DNA from: a virus
Lineage: Duplodnaviria > Caudoviricetes
Length of the DNA stretch: 56,078 bases
Virus record (IMG/VR): IMGVR_UViG_3300028126_000005
Location: 1-56,078 of that record
Direction: 5' to 3' (one strand)
Every line of letters begins with the position of its first letter. Positions within the stretch are counted from its first letter, which is position 1. The position numbers were made by a program, and so were the translations under genes. Positions 1 to 9,480 of the stretch are shown here, in pieces. The notes beneath the pieces are model-generated. The model was not told where the DNA came from and did not search any database. It was given only the letters and a program-made list of their open reading frames with translations.

Positions 1-2207
1 ATATATACTCCTAAATCTCCTTGAGTACCGCTAAATCCATTTGAATTAGTTCTAATTAAATTACCAGTTTCAGCTGATTCAATAATATAGAAGGTTCCGT
101 TCTCAGTTAAAGTACCATCATCAGCTTGAGCTATCGTGAATGCACTTTTAAATGTAGTTGTTTCGAATCCTTGATCATCTTTTACTGATCCAGTATAAGA
201 ATACGTACCTGCCGGTACATTAGCTGTTGGAAAGACTCTTGCTGTTGTACTATTTACCCAAGATGCTGTTACAGGAGCTGTTGATTCCCATGTTAATGTA
301 TCTTGATCTATAGCGTCTCCCTCAGTATCTGAGAAAGTAAACTGATAGATATAGTTAGCTGGTCTAGCACCGTTAGTATTAAGGAATTGAGTTCTAGGAC
401 TAGTAGAAACAGAAGGTCCAACGTTATCTGTAACGTTAACTGTAAATGTTTGTTGAGTAGTAGTACCAAAAGCATTAGATGCTGTTACTGAACCGTTTAA
501 ACTATCTCCTCCTACTGTTGCACTTCCTGATATATTTCTATTGATAGTTAAATATCCGCTACTATTGACTGCAAAATCAGAAGTTGGATTAACTGTCCAA
601 GATACTGATTGGTTAGAAGTAAATCTAGAAGTAGTTCCTGAGAATCCAGTTGAACTATCGTAGATACTATCTCCATTTACTGCTGATTCTATAATATAAA
701 ATGCTTGTACTCCGTTTAATGAAGGAGCAACATCGTCTGCTATAGTTAATTCTATTGCAGCAGAAGCAGATGTTGTATTAAATGCATCTGATACTGAAGC
801 TGAATAGAAATATGAGTTAATCAAGTCAGAGTTAATGAATTGACTTCCTTTTCTTGTTACAACTCCTGTTGAGCTCATAGTAAAAGGATCTTCATCAGGA
901 TCAGCTTGACTTGTTCCTGTATATGTACCGATACTGACAGGAGTACCGTCTAATTTTAATCCAGCTAAGGTAAAATTAGTAAATACTATTGTATCACCTT
1001 CAGGATCTGAAGCTGTTATTTGTTTTGAACTATCTCCGTCGTTTTCATCTTCACTAAACCCTGTTATAGTTTGATTATTTATAGTTGGTATTACGTTATC
1101 TGTTACATTTATAGTAATCGGTAAAGAAGTAGTAGCATCTGTGTCTTGGCCTGCAATAAAATGTTCATCTGATGCAGTTATAGAGAAACTATAAGAAGAA
1201 GTTGTTTCAAAGTCTAAAGATGCTGTTGCTTGAGCAATACTAACATAAGTTCCATACTTAGTTATGGTAAAATGATCTCCTGCTACTGAACTTGAAGTAA
1301 TAGTAATAGCATCACTATTGATATCAGTAAAATAAATCTTTGTTACCTCTCCAGTTGTAGCATTTTCGTTTCTAGCTGTAGTAAATGAAGTAATAATACT
1401 ACCTCCGGTAGATACTTCTCTAAATACTGGTGCAGAGTTTGCTGTTACATCTATATATAAGTTCTGATCTCTAGTTGCTCCGAAAGTATCCGTAGCTCTT
1501 ACAGGAACTAAATGAGCATCTGTTCCATCTCCTCTATCTACTGTATTAAATAACTCTACAGTTGAGCCTGTAGCTAAAGTTACTACTCCATTTGCTGCTA
1601 CACTTACAAATCCATCAGTATAAGATGGTTGAGCTGAGAAAGTTATTGCTTGAGCTTCAGGATCATTACCAGTTAACGTATGAATCGTTGAACCAGATAC
1701 TAAAAACTCTGCTATATTAACATTAGCTGCTGAAGTAAATGAAGGAGGATCGTTTGGATAGAATACTTTCTCTAAAAAGTCAGATATACTACCTGAAGTT
1801 CCTGGATTAAATGAAGAAGTAAAGAATCCTGGTAGATGAGCTTGGGATATAACTCTATTTCCGTTAAATACAGATGAATCTACTCCTCCTCCAAAGCCGC
1901 TCCTTGCAGCTGATTCAGAAATAAAGTTATCTGATATAAATGAAGCAGAATCTGCTTGAACTGCATGAGAAGAAGAAATTTCTGTTATTATTTCATGAGA
2001 AGCTGATACGGCATATGATGCAGTAGCTACAGATATAGTTCCATTCGCTAAAGATGCTGTATAACTATTAAAAATAGTCTCATCTAGCTTTCCAGTACCT
2101 ACATCTTGACCATTTACATTAATCGATCCAGAGATATTAAGAGATCCTGTAAGGATTCCTGATCCGCTTAAATGCGGGCTAATCTGTTTCCATTGTACTA
2201 AAGCCAT
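1..2207 (-). CDS. Cadherin-like repeat virion/adhesion protein, 3' end truncated by the window edge
   Basis: Not in ORF track (no stop in window). ATG at 2207 gives MALVQWKQISPHLSGSGSLTGSLNISGS, and the same frame reads GFSGTQGDLGVY at the edge. Cadherin-like motifs LDFETTSSYSFSITASD, ITASDPEGD, VTDNVxP. Confidence 0.8.
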   Translation of the reverse strand, partial: MALVQWKQISPHLSGSGILTGSLNISGSINVNGQDVGTGKLDETIFNSYTASLANGTISVATASYAVSASHEIITEISSSHAVQADSASFISDNFISESAARSGFGGGVDSSVFNGNRVISQAHLPGFFTSSFNPGTSGSISDFLEKVFYPNDPPSFTSAANVNIAEFLVSGSTIHTLTGNDPEAQAITFSAQPSYTDGFVSVAANGVVTLATGSTVELFNTVDRGDGTDAHLVPVRATDTFGATRDQNLYIDVTANSAPVFREVSTGGSIITSFTTARNENATTGEVTKIYFTDINSDAITITSSSVAGDHFTITKYGTYVSIAQATASLDFETTSSYSFSITASDEHFIAGQDTDATTSLPITINVTDNVIPTINNQTITGFSEDENDGDSSKQITASDPEGDTIVFTNFTLAGLKLDGTPVSIGTYTGTSQADPDEDPFTMSSTGVVTRKGSQFINSDLINSYFYSASVSDAFNTTSASAAIELTIADDVAPSLNGVQAFYIIESAVNGDSIYDSSTGFSGTTSRFTSNQSVSWTVNPTSDFAVNSSGYLTINRNISGSATVGGDSLNGSVTASNAFGTTTQQTFTVNVTDNVGPSVSTSPRTQFLNTNGARPANYIYQFTFSDTEGDAIDQDTLTWESTAPVTASWVNSTTARVFPTANVPAGTYSYTGSVKDDQGFETTTFKSAFTIAQADDGTLTENGTFYIIESAETGNLIRTNSNGFSGTQGDLGVY

Positions 2208-2210
2208 CTA

Positions 2211-3464
2211 CTAATTTAATTTACCTATTAGTGTATATTCATCGCTATCACTCAAACTGAATCCTAATTCTGTTCTATTTAATACAACTACAACACCAGA
2301 ACCACTGTCTGTGATGCTTGTTAATGCTTCTCTTTCTACTATTAGACCGTTAATAAAGAATTGGAAGGTTTCTAAACCAGGTGGATCTTCAAATCCAGCC
2401 GGTACATCAGCAAAACTAAGACTAGTAAAGGTAACACTGCTTGCTGCAGAGTCTACAACTGCAGAAGTATTAGTAGTACTGTATATTTTCTGTAAAGTTA
2501 CGTATAATTTTTGTTCACTTGTCATAGATTCTTGTATATTAATATTTTGCAAGTCTTCTCCTGCTTTATCATAGAATTTACTTGTAGTAGAGTTAGTTCT
2601 TGCTATAGTATACCTATTTCTATCCACTGTTGCTGTATCTTCTACTGTTTCTACTCCAAAACTTACTCTTCCTTTAGAGTAAAATTTACCGCTCCCTTGT
2701 ATTGCAGCATTTATACTATCTGGTACTATATGTCCAAGGAGATTGAGGGTAAAATTAGTTTTTACCGTTCTATCTTCACCTTGATTCATTTCTGTAGCAG
2801 TAGCATAACTATCAATCATTGCTCTAAAGCTAAATTTATTAGGATCTCCCCAATAAGCATCAGAAGCATAGTTAATACTCTCTACTAGTTTATTCATTTG
2901 CTCTACATACTGGGTAAAAATGATGCAAGAGTATGTTATATTAACATAATCTGGTATAACAACGCCTTGATACTCTTTTACCTCGTCTCTACTAGTCAAT
3001 ACACTGAATCTATCATAAATATTCTTTTTTGAGTATCTTTTCTCAAAAATCCCAAAATTTAATGGATTATTTGCATCTAATTTATTACCTAACTGTCTAT
3101 TCTTTTCTAATGAGTCTCTTTTTAACATGATTAGAGGGGTCATTATCTTACCATTTCTATCTCTATAGAATCCATCCTTTTGTACTGCTTTCCATCTTTC
3201 AGGAGAACCGTATATTACGGGTACATTTGTTTTTTTACCGTTTCTTATTACTGAAGGTCTAATAACATTATCGAAATAGTAGAATATAGCTTCATCTATA
3301 TCTCTTAAACCTATACTAAACTGTTTTACATCATCATCTTTAACAGATTTCTGTAATTCCCTACGTTTAGGATTAACTGAGGGTAGACCACCTTGATTTA
3401 ACAGAGGTTCTCTTAATCCTTCCGATATCTGCTTCTGACTTTTAGGTGTAGGTTTATTTGACAT
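2211..3464 (-). CDS. Tail completion/sheath stabiliser-like protein (T4 gp15-like) with C-terminal extension
   Basis: VPVIYGSPERW resembles the gp15 VPLAYGP motif; lies downstream of the neck genes. Confidence 0.6.
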   Translation of the reverse strand: MSNKPTPKSQKQISEGLREPLLNQGGLPSVNPKRRELQKSVKDDDVKQFSIGLRDIDEAIFYYFDNVIRPSVIRNGKKTNVPVIYGSPERWKAVQKDGFYRDRNGKIMTPLIMLKRDSLEKNRQLGNKLDANNPLNFGIFEKRYSKKNIYDRFSVLTSRDEVKEYQGVVIPDYVNITYSCIIFTQYVEQMNKLVESINYASDAYWGDPNKFSFRAMIDSYATATEMNQGEDRTVKTNFTLNLLGHIVPDSINAAIQGSGKFYSKGRVSFGVETVEDTATVDRNRYTIARTNSTTSKFYDKAGEDLQNINIQESMTSEQKLYVTLQKIYSTTNTSAVVDSAASSVTFTSLSFADVPAGFEDPPGLETFQFFINGLIVEREALTSITDSGSGVVVVLNRTELGFSLSDSDEYTLIGKLN

Positions 3465-3964
3465 TATAATTCGTTTGGCATGTTATTAAAATTAATACCT
3501 AAATCTTCTACTCTTGTTAAATGACAGCTTAAAACTAATGATAATGAAGATCCAAAGTTTCTACCGTAGCTAGTTAAGTTATATTGTTTATCTTTACCTA
3601 AGAAAAACTGATTTTCGTTAACTGTATCTACTAAAAAGTAGTCTTCATGCCAAGATAACACATCTCCTACTTCAGGAAATACGTTAGTATCTATTAAATC
3701 TTGTTTTATAAACGCAAAAGTCATTTCTCTTGATAAATTAGGTCCCATTTCATCTACACTTATAACTTTATCTCCTCTAGTTATAAAACAATTATGTTTT
3801 ACAGGGGCGTTATACACTTTTTCAAGTGCTTCTCCGTAGATATTGGATTCAGTACCGTATAAATCTAATTTATAGTATAGTATTTCTTGTTCTACTATAT
3901 CTTTCAATAGTTCTCTATTGATACCTACTAATAAATCAAAATCTCTGTTACTTCCGAATAGCAT
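3464..3964 (-). CDS. Head-closure/neck protein (T4 gp14-like)
   Basis: SNIYGEA and PEVGDVL motifs; synteny with neck genes. Confidence 0.6.
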   Translation of the reverse strand: MLFGSNRDFDLLVGINRELLKDIVEQEILYYKLDLYGTESNIYGEALEKVYNAPVKHNCFITRGDKVISVDEMGPNLSREMTFAFIKQDLIDTNVFPEVGDVLSWHEDYFLVDTVNENQFFLGKDKQYNLTSYGRNFGSSLSLVLSCHLTRVEDLGINFNNMPNEL

Positions 3965-4263
3965 TATTTTTCTTCTATAGTCTCTGCCCCTACTTCTACA
4001 TCAATTATATTAGTATACTTACTTATAGCATTACTTTTAAGTGCTTCAAATGCTTCTGCAGGTTCTTTTTGAGTGATTATTTTTACTTTATATGTAGCGG
4101 TACTACTATCTGAGTCTTCTCCCGCTACTGTAACTGTAGTAACCCCTGGTAATGCCCGTAAAGCATCGTCGTACCCTTGGGATCCTTCTTCTCCGTATGT
4201 GACTTTAAGCATAGCTTCATAAGTCTTGTAGCTTATCTCTAATATAATGTCTACTAACTTCAT
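3964..4263 (-). CDS. Small protein with MKLVDIILE leader, probable head-internal protein
   Basis: 99-aa ORF coupled to both neighbours; leader shared with other ORFs. Confidence 0.6.
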   Translation of the reverse strand: MKLVDIILEISYKTYEAMLKVTYGEEGSQGYDDALRALPGVTTVTVAGEDSDSSTATYKVKIITQKEPAEAFEALKSNAISKYTNIIDVEVGAETIEEK

Positions 4264-5483
4264 TATCCTATGTATATATGCATTGGAACACCATTTAAGG
4301 TGTCACTTATGTATTTTGTTTGTGCAGCTTGCATTTCTAACTGAGTACTTAAAGAAGCTGAGCTTAACATTTCACGTAATGCTGTTATATCTGCTTCTTT
4401 TTCACTTCTTACATCTGCTAATAAGTCTGCTTGGTTTAAAGTAGCTTCTGAACCGGGTACCGGTACTGTTTGGTACTTACCTCTTACATAAGCTAATACT
4501 TCTTTAGATAAAGTAGCAGCATATTTAAAGATCCATTGACGACCTATTGAATTAATCTCTTTATATACAGGGTTTTTTGTAGGAACGTTAGATAAGTCTG
4601 TTATTTCAGCTTGAGTATCCATTGATTCTCCTCCTCCACCTATAAGAGCACCTGTACTAGCCTCAGCATTTATATCTAATCCATCATATACAAAGTTCTT
4701 TTCTGATTTTATCATATATTCGAACTTTAAGTTACCTGCTTTCTTAGGAATAGGGAATAATCTTAATTGATTATTGACTATTTCAAAAGAATATGCAGAT
4801 CTCCTTATAGTATCGTTAAATTCTATAGCTTGTACTTTAAGTATATCGAAAGAAGCAGGCATTAATAAGAAGTTTACTCCAGGACTATAAGATCCAAAGT
4901 CAAAAGCATCCATTAATGATTGTATCCCTGTACCAGTTCCAGCATAAGGGTCAAAATATCTTAATATAGCAGGAGGTGCTTCGTAAAACACTCTTCTTAT
5001 TTCTATATCAGCAGCTCCAGAGCTACCAGTTATATTATTTTGTACTGCCCATGCATTCATATCATAGTTTTGCTTAGAAGCAGTTACAGGTAATGACCCA
5101 GTATAGATAGTAGTAGTACCTCCTACTTCAGCTTCCATACCGTATTGATCAGCTGTTTGTATAGTTCTTCTTAAAGAAGGTTTGAGTAAAGTTTTATTGA
5201 TAGCTTGTCCTCCTGCTGCTCCAGCTATGTTACTAAATTGCTGAGATGCAAGAGCGGAATAGACTTCATTTCCGTAAGTTGTTACTGCTTCTTCAAATGC
5301 TGCAAAGAAAGAATCACATTCTAACTCTACATCCATCATAGGGTAACCTAACTTCTTAGCACAGAACGAAGCTACTTTTGGAGCATCTCTTTGGAACTCA
5401 GTATCGCTATCGTAAAATCCGAATGGTGTGGAGCTGCCAGAGGTAAATGTACAGCTACCGTTGTATATAGTAATATCGGCCAT
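4263..5483 (-). CDS. Neck/head-tail adaptor protein (T4 gp13-like)
   Basis: KLGYPMMDVEL near the N-terminus and WIFKYAATLSKE..RGKY..PxxIG at the C-terminus match gp13-type patterns; follows the capsid gene. Confidence 0.7.
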   Translation of the reverse strand: MADITIYNGSCTFTSGSSTPFGFYDSDTEFQRDAPKVASFCAKKLGYPMMDVELECDSFFAAFEEAVTTYGNEVYSALASQQFSNIAGAAGGQAINKTLLKPSLRRTIQTADQYGMEAEVGGTTTIYTGSLPVTASKQNYDMNAWAVQNNITGSSGAADIEIRRVFYEAPPAILRYFDPYAGTGTGIQSLMDAFDFGSYSPGVNFLLMPASFDILKVQAIEFNDTIRRSAYSFEIVNNQLRLFPIPKKAGNLKFEYMIKSEKNFVYDGLDINAEASTGALIGGGGESMDTQAEITDLSNVPTKNPVYKEINSIGRQWIFKYAATLSKEVLAYVRGKYQTVPVPGSEATLNQADLLADVRSEKEADITALREMLSSASLSTQLEMQAAQTKYISDTLNGVPMHIYIG

Positions 5484-5495
5484 TAGTTACAGTTT

Positions 5496-5508
5496 TATAA
5501 TAAATAGC
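5496..5508 (-). promoter_or_regulatory. Putative late promoter (sense CTATTTATTATA)
   Basis: One of at least 11 TATTTAT copies just upstream of minus-strand starts. Confidence 0.65.
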
Positions 5509-5509
5509 C

Positions 5510-5537
5510 AAAAAAAAAGAGGCCCGAAGGCCTCTCT
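5510..5537 (-). terminator. Rho-independent terminator after the major capsid gene
   Basis: Sense GAGGCC-TTCG-GGCCTC followed by 9 T; C(UUCG)G tetraloop. Confidence 0.92.
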
Positions 5538-5560
5538 TTATTATTACTCTAAAGTAAATA

Positions 5561-7144
5561 TTAGATCTGAGCTAAGTCAGAAATAAATAACTTACCGTAG
5601 AATTCTGGTCTGATCATCTTCTTAGCATATCTTGTCATAAGACCTTTTCTTGGAGTGAAAGTCTCTGGGTCATATACCATTGGAGTCATCATTAATGGAA
5701 CGTATGGAGCATATACTGCACCAGTTTCTAAGAATTGAGATCCTCTATATCCTAATAACATAATGTTTTCAGTCATATATGGGTTCTTGTATATCTTAAA
5801 TCTGTTCGCTAATGAACCAACTCTTTGAACTCCCATGTTGAATTCTTCTGCAGTTCCGTCAGTGTTAGCAGCGTATCCTGGGATACTTTCTAATACTGTA
5901 GCAACTGTTGGAGAACATACTACGAAGTTAGCACCACCTCTTAAAGTCTTCTGGTGAATCTTGTTAGATACTTTTTGGATTTTAGTTCCTAAAGTTTGGA
6001 ACCACTGTCCTTGAGTATTGTAGAAATCAGAAGTTGAAGTAGACCAGTTAGATCCATCCCATACTTTATTGTTTTCAGCTGACCAGTGATCAGTTGTTCT
6101 TGCTCCTAAGATTAACATATCTAAGATCTCTAAGTCGATTTCCATAGAAATGTATTCACTTAATAAAGATGTTAACTCAGCCTCAGCGTCGATGCTGTGG
6201 TAAGCGTTAAGATCTTGAGCAAATTCTGGTGTCCATTGTGCTTTTAATTTTCTAGTCTTAGCAACAATCGCTTCACTAGATAATTTAACATCAATTTCTG
6301 GTATTGTAATAGATGTATCAACTGCAGCAGCAGAATCAGCTTCAAAGTCTCCTCTGTCGTTGTCAACTGGTTGCTTGTGATAGTTTACAGTTACAGTGTG
6401 GTTACCAGCTACAGCTCCGTCAGCTACTACGAATACGATGTTAGATCCTTCGATCTTTGTATACTGTGGTAATACTGATACAGCAGCAGATGCAGATACT
6501 AATCTGAATGCTCTAATTCCTTCTGCGTCATATCCTGAGATAGCAGATAATGGTACGGCTACTTCATCGTAAGATGCAGGAGAAACTCCTACTTCATAAT
6601 TTACAGATGCAGAATCAGCGTTTGTTACAGCTGCAGTTCCGTTACCAGATACTTGGTTGATTGAATATCCGAATTGACCTGCTCCGTAAAGACCGCCAGC
6701 AACATCTGTGTCAGCAGCAATTTTAGAACCAGCAGTAGATACGTTTCCGTACATATTGTCTTGGTCAGCTCTTCCGTTTGTAGCAGTTCCGTATTTAAAG
6801 TCTAAGTAAAATACAAGTCCTGAAGGTAAATTCATTGGTTGTACAGATACAAAGTCTTGAGCTACGATTTGAGCGAATACCTTTCTTACTAAAGGTAAAG
6901 CTACTCCTGCCCATTGTTCACCTTGTCCGGCAGAGAAAGATGCTCCTCCGACGTTTGATGTGTTAGCCTCAGCTACGATTTGTTTAGCTTGGTTTTCAAG
7001 GATCATCGCCATGTTACTTTTGTGACGTACATCTTCTATACCTTCTAACAAACCTGACTGTGACCATTTGTCTGCTAATTTAGCAGAATCAGCTTGTAAA
7101 CTCTTGTATGAGTTTGAGCTTTCTAATAGGTTTTTTACTTCCAT
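5561..7144 (-). CDS. gp23: Major capsid protein (T4 gp23 family)
   Basis: LPLVRKVF, VSVQPMNLPSGLVFY, AKTRKLKAQWTPEFAQDLNAYH, EIDLEI, YAPYVPL, FTPRKGLMTRY. Confidence 0.97.
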   Translation of the reverse strand: MEVKNLLESSNSYKSLQADSAKLADKWSQSGLLEGIEDVRHKSNMAMILENQAKQIVAEANTSNVGGASFSAGQGEQWAGVALPLVRKVFAQIVAQDFVSVQPMNLPSGLVFYLDFKYGTATNGRADQDNMYGNVSTAGSKIAADTDVAGGLYGAGQFGYSINQVSGNGTAAVTNADSASVNYEVGVSPASYDEVAVPLSAISGYDAEGIRAFRLVSASAAVSVLPQYTKIEGSNIVFVVADGAVAGNHTVTVNYHKQPVDNDRGDFEADSAAAVDTSITIPEIDVKLSSEAIVAKTRKLKAQWTPEFAQDLNAYHSIDAEAELTSLLSEYISMEIDLEILDMLILGARTTDHWSAENNKVWDGSNWSTSTSDFYNTQGQWFQTLGTKIQKVSNKIHQKTLRGGANFVVCSPTVATVLESIPGYAANTDGTAEEFNMGVQRVGSLANRFKIYKNPYMTENIMLLGYRGSQFLETGAVYAPYVPLMMTPMVYDPETFTPRKGLMTRYAKKMIRPEFYGKLFISDLAQI

Positions 7145-7168
7145 GTTTGAAATAATTTAAAATTTTAG

Positions 7169-8329
7169 TTAAAATTGTCTTGGTTTAATACCGGCTAATA
7201 CTTGCATTCTATGTAGAGCTCCATTAGCTTCTGTTATTACTCCAGGTTTTGCTGCAGTAGTACCAGTTGCTTTTGATGCCATACCTTTAAGCTTGTTTTC
7301 CGTTACATTCTCTTTCTTGTTAGAAAAATCACTTTCAGAAACAGTTTCGAATACTAGTTTAACTTCTTTTACATTTTCTGCTCTATCAAAAGCAGCAATT
7401 ACATTAACTTTTTGAGATTCAGATAAATTGTTTGCTTTGAAAATCTTGTTAACATAAAGTAGTTTTGAATTTAGAAGATTAACCTCTTGAAGATCTGTCT
7501 TTAAGCTCTCGATAGTATCCATAGCTTCTTTAAGTTCTTCTTTAAGAGTTGCGTTAATGTTTTTCTCTGAGTTTTCAGGTTTTGAGTCTACTTCGTTTGC
7601 AGTAGGTCCTTCAATCACTTCTTCTACAGATTCATCCTTCTTGTCTTCTTTTTTACCTTCTTCTACTTCTTCGTCTTTTTTGTCTTTAGCTTCCTCTACA
7701 GGAGCTTCATCCTCAGAAATAGCTTCAAGTTCAGCTAGAAGTTCATCTAAATCGATTTCTTCTTCTTCGCTTCCGCCGTCTAGTTCAGGTTCTTCTATTG
7801 GAGCTTCGTCTCCCATTCCTTCGATATCACCACCGTCCATATCATCTGCAGGTAATTCTTCACCGTCTCCGGCTCCCATTTCCTGTGCAATAATATCACG
7901 AATCATATCTTTGAATTGATCAACTGAAAGGTCTTTTAGATCCTCATCACCGTCAACAGCGTCTTCCTCACCGTCGGCATCTTCGATGTCGTCAGCAGGT
8001 TCGTCGATTGGAGCTTCGTCTTCAGATTCTTCTGAATCATCCTCAGCTTCTTCAACTTCAGCTTCACCAACTGGTTCAACCTCTGTTAGTTCTTCCTCTA
8101 TTGCTTCGTCTTTTTTGTCGTCTTTAGCTTCATCTACTTCCTCTTCGATTTCGTTTACTGCTACTTCGTCGACGTCTTTGTCTTCCATCTCTTGTAGTTT
8201 AGCAGCTAACATATCTTTTAGATGAGGAGTTAAAGTCTCTTCTAAAGCTTCTTTAGCGTTAGCAATAGCGGCTTCTCTTACAGATTTTGCCTCAGCAATA
8301 GCTTGCTTAAGTAAATCTTTGTTTGCCAT
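7169..8329 (-). CDS. Prohead scaffold/core protein
   Basis: Very acidic, coiled-coil ends, many LxE sites; between protease and capsid genes. Confidence 0.8.
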   Translation of the reverse strand: MANKDLLKQAIAEAKSVREAAIANAKEALEETLTPHLKDMLAAKLQEMEDKDVDEVAVNEIEEEVDEAKDDKKDEAIEEELTEVEPVGEAEVEEAEDDSEESEDEAPIDEPADDIEDADGEEDAVDGDEDLKDLSVDQFKDMIRDIIAQEMGAGDGEELPADDMDGGDIEGMGDEAPIEEPELDGGSEEEEIDLDELLAELEAISEDEAPVEEAKDKKDEEVEEGKKEDKKDESVEEVIEGPTANEVDSKPENSEKNINATLKEELKEAMDTIESLKTDLQEVNLLNSKLLYVNKIFKANNLSESQKVNVIAAFDRAENVKEVKLVFETVSESDFSNKKENVTENKLKGMASKATGTTAAKPGVITEANGALHRMQVLAGIKPRQF

Positions 8330-8349
8330 TTAAAAAATTTTGTGATTTG

Positions 8350-8411
8350 TATAGCTATTAAGAGCTATAATATTATAATAAAGTTGTTCGATACAGTATA
8401 AGTGACTGTAT
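8350..8411 (-). promoter_or_regulatory. Twin stem-loops in the scaffold/capsid leader
   Basis: 7-bp stems 8350-8356/8363-8369 and 8391-8397/8405-8411, with palindrome TATTATAATA at 8371-8380 between them. Confidence 0.45.
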
Positions 8412-8416
8412 ATTCT

Positions 8417-8430
8417 TTATATAAATATAT
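8417..8430 (-). promoter_or_regulatory. Putative late promoter (sense ATATATTTATATAA)
   Basis: TATTTATA motif upstream of the scaffold-capsid genes. Confidence 0.6.
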
Positions 8431-8449
8431 ACTTATTCCGAAAAACTAA

Positions 8450-9028
8450 TTATGCTCTTAAAATATCGTTTATAATAGAATCTAATTTAGAAAACTTAGA
8501 TACTTTCTTTTTGTTCTCATTCAACGATATTGGGTTCATGAATGCCCCGTGAGTAGAAGGATTAGATACAAAATCCCAGCATACTAATTCAAAGTCTGGC
8601 TGTACTTCTAACTGTCCTTCATTGGTCTGTTTTACAGAACCGGTACCTCTAGATGAGATACCGATAGTGTGTCCTGCTTTTATTATTTCTTTTACTATGT
8701 TACCTGCTGGAGTATTTAATAATTCTACTTTACCCATTAGGTCGTTTCCTTTCCAATATAGTTCTTTTACTATATGAGAAGCGTTTTTTAATTCTACTAC
8801 AGGAGATTCTGGATGATCTAGTTCTCCAAAAGCGTTGCCGTTATTTACAAACTCTTTAACGTATCTAGCAGCTTCTCTCTCTAATATCTCTTTAGAGTAG
8901 GTTCTACCGTTTTGATTTTCTGCAACCGCTCTTTGCATAACACCCTCAACTTCAAATACTCCAGGCTTTTCTTTAGACTCTGTAAGTACCGATTTAAACG
9001 GGGTAACATTAAGTAGTAGTTGTGTCAT
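8450..9028 (-). CDS. gp21: Prohead protease (T4 gp21 family)
   Basis: NQNGRTY, GELDHP, SHIV, GISSRGTGS, WDFVSNPS. Confidence 0.95.
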   Translation of the reverse strand: MTQLLLNVTPFKSVLTESKEKPGVFEVEGVMQRAVAENQNGRTYSKEILEREAARYVKEFVNNGNAFGELDHPESPVVELKNASHIVKELYWKGNDLMGKVELLNTPAGNIVKEIIKAGHTIGISSRGTGSVKQTNEGQLEVQPDFELVCWDFVSNPSTHGAFMNPISLNENKKKVSKFSKLDSIINDILRA

Positions 9029-9037
9029 AGTATAATT

Positions 9038-9478
9038 TTATTTGTCTTTGCCCATTGCTTTTTTGATAGCTTTGTCTTTTGCAGCTTTGTAATCATCTCC
9101 GTCAACATCTCCGTCTCCGTCATGATCTTTACCTTTCTTTTCTTCGACAGTTTCGCCTTCGTTAGCAACATCTTCTTCGTTTTTCTTTTTCTTGTGTCCG
9201 TGATGACTTTCAGTCAATACGTCTAGATCTCCTACTGGGATGTTCTTAACTGTTTTAGATCCGTCTTTAAAGAATACATCGTAATGAGATACTGAATGAG
9301 AGCCGTCTTTGTTTTCAACAATAGTGTGCTGCTCTTCTAAGCAGATACCGAAACCATAAGTTTCATGTACTACGTGTGCTGCACAGTCGTGTGCAAACCC
9401 TGGTCCAGCTTCTTCAATACTTTCTTCTTTAGCTTTTTTGCTTTCAGTTAGAAAGTTTCTTAAGTTAAAATTTTTCAT
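9038..9478 (-). CDS. Probable head-internal protein with His/Cys module and DxDxDG motif
   Basis: Leader MKNFNLRNFLTE; HDCAAHVVH; DHDGDGDVDGDDY. Confidence 0.6.
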   Translation of the reverse strand: MKNFNLRNFLTESKKAKEESIEEAGPGFAHDCAAHVVHETYGFGICLEEQHTIVENKDGSHSVSHYDVFFKDGSKTVKNIPVGDLDVLTESHHGHKKKKNEEDVANEGETVEEKKGKDHDGDGDVDGDDYKAAKDKAIKKAMGKDK

Positions 9479-9480
9479 GC

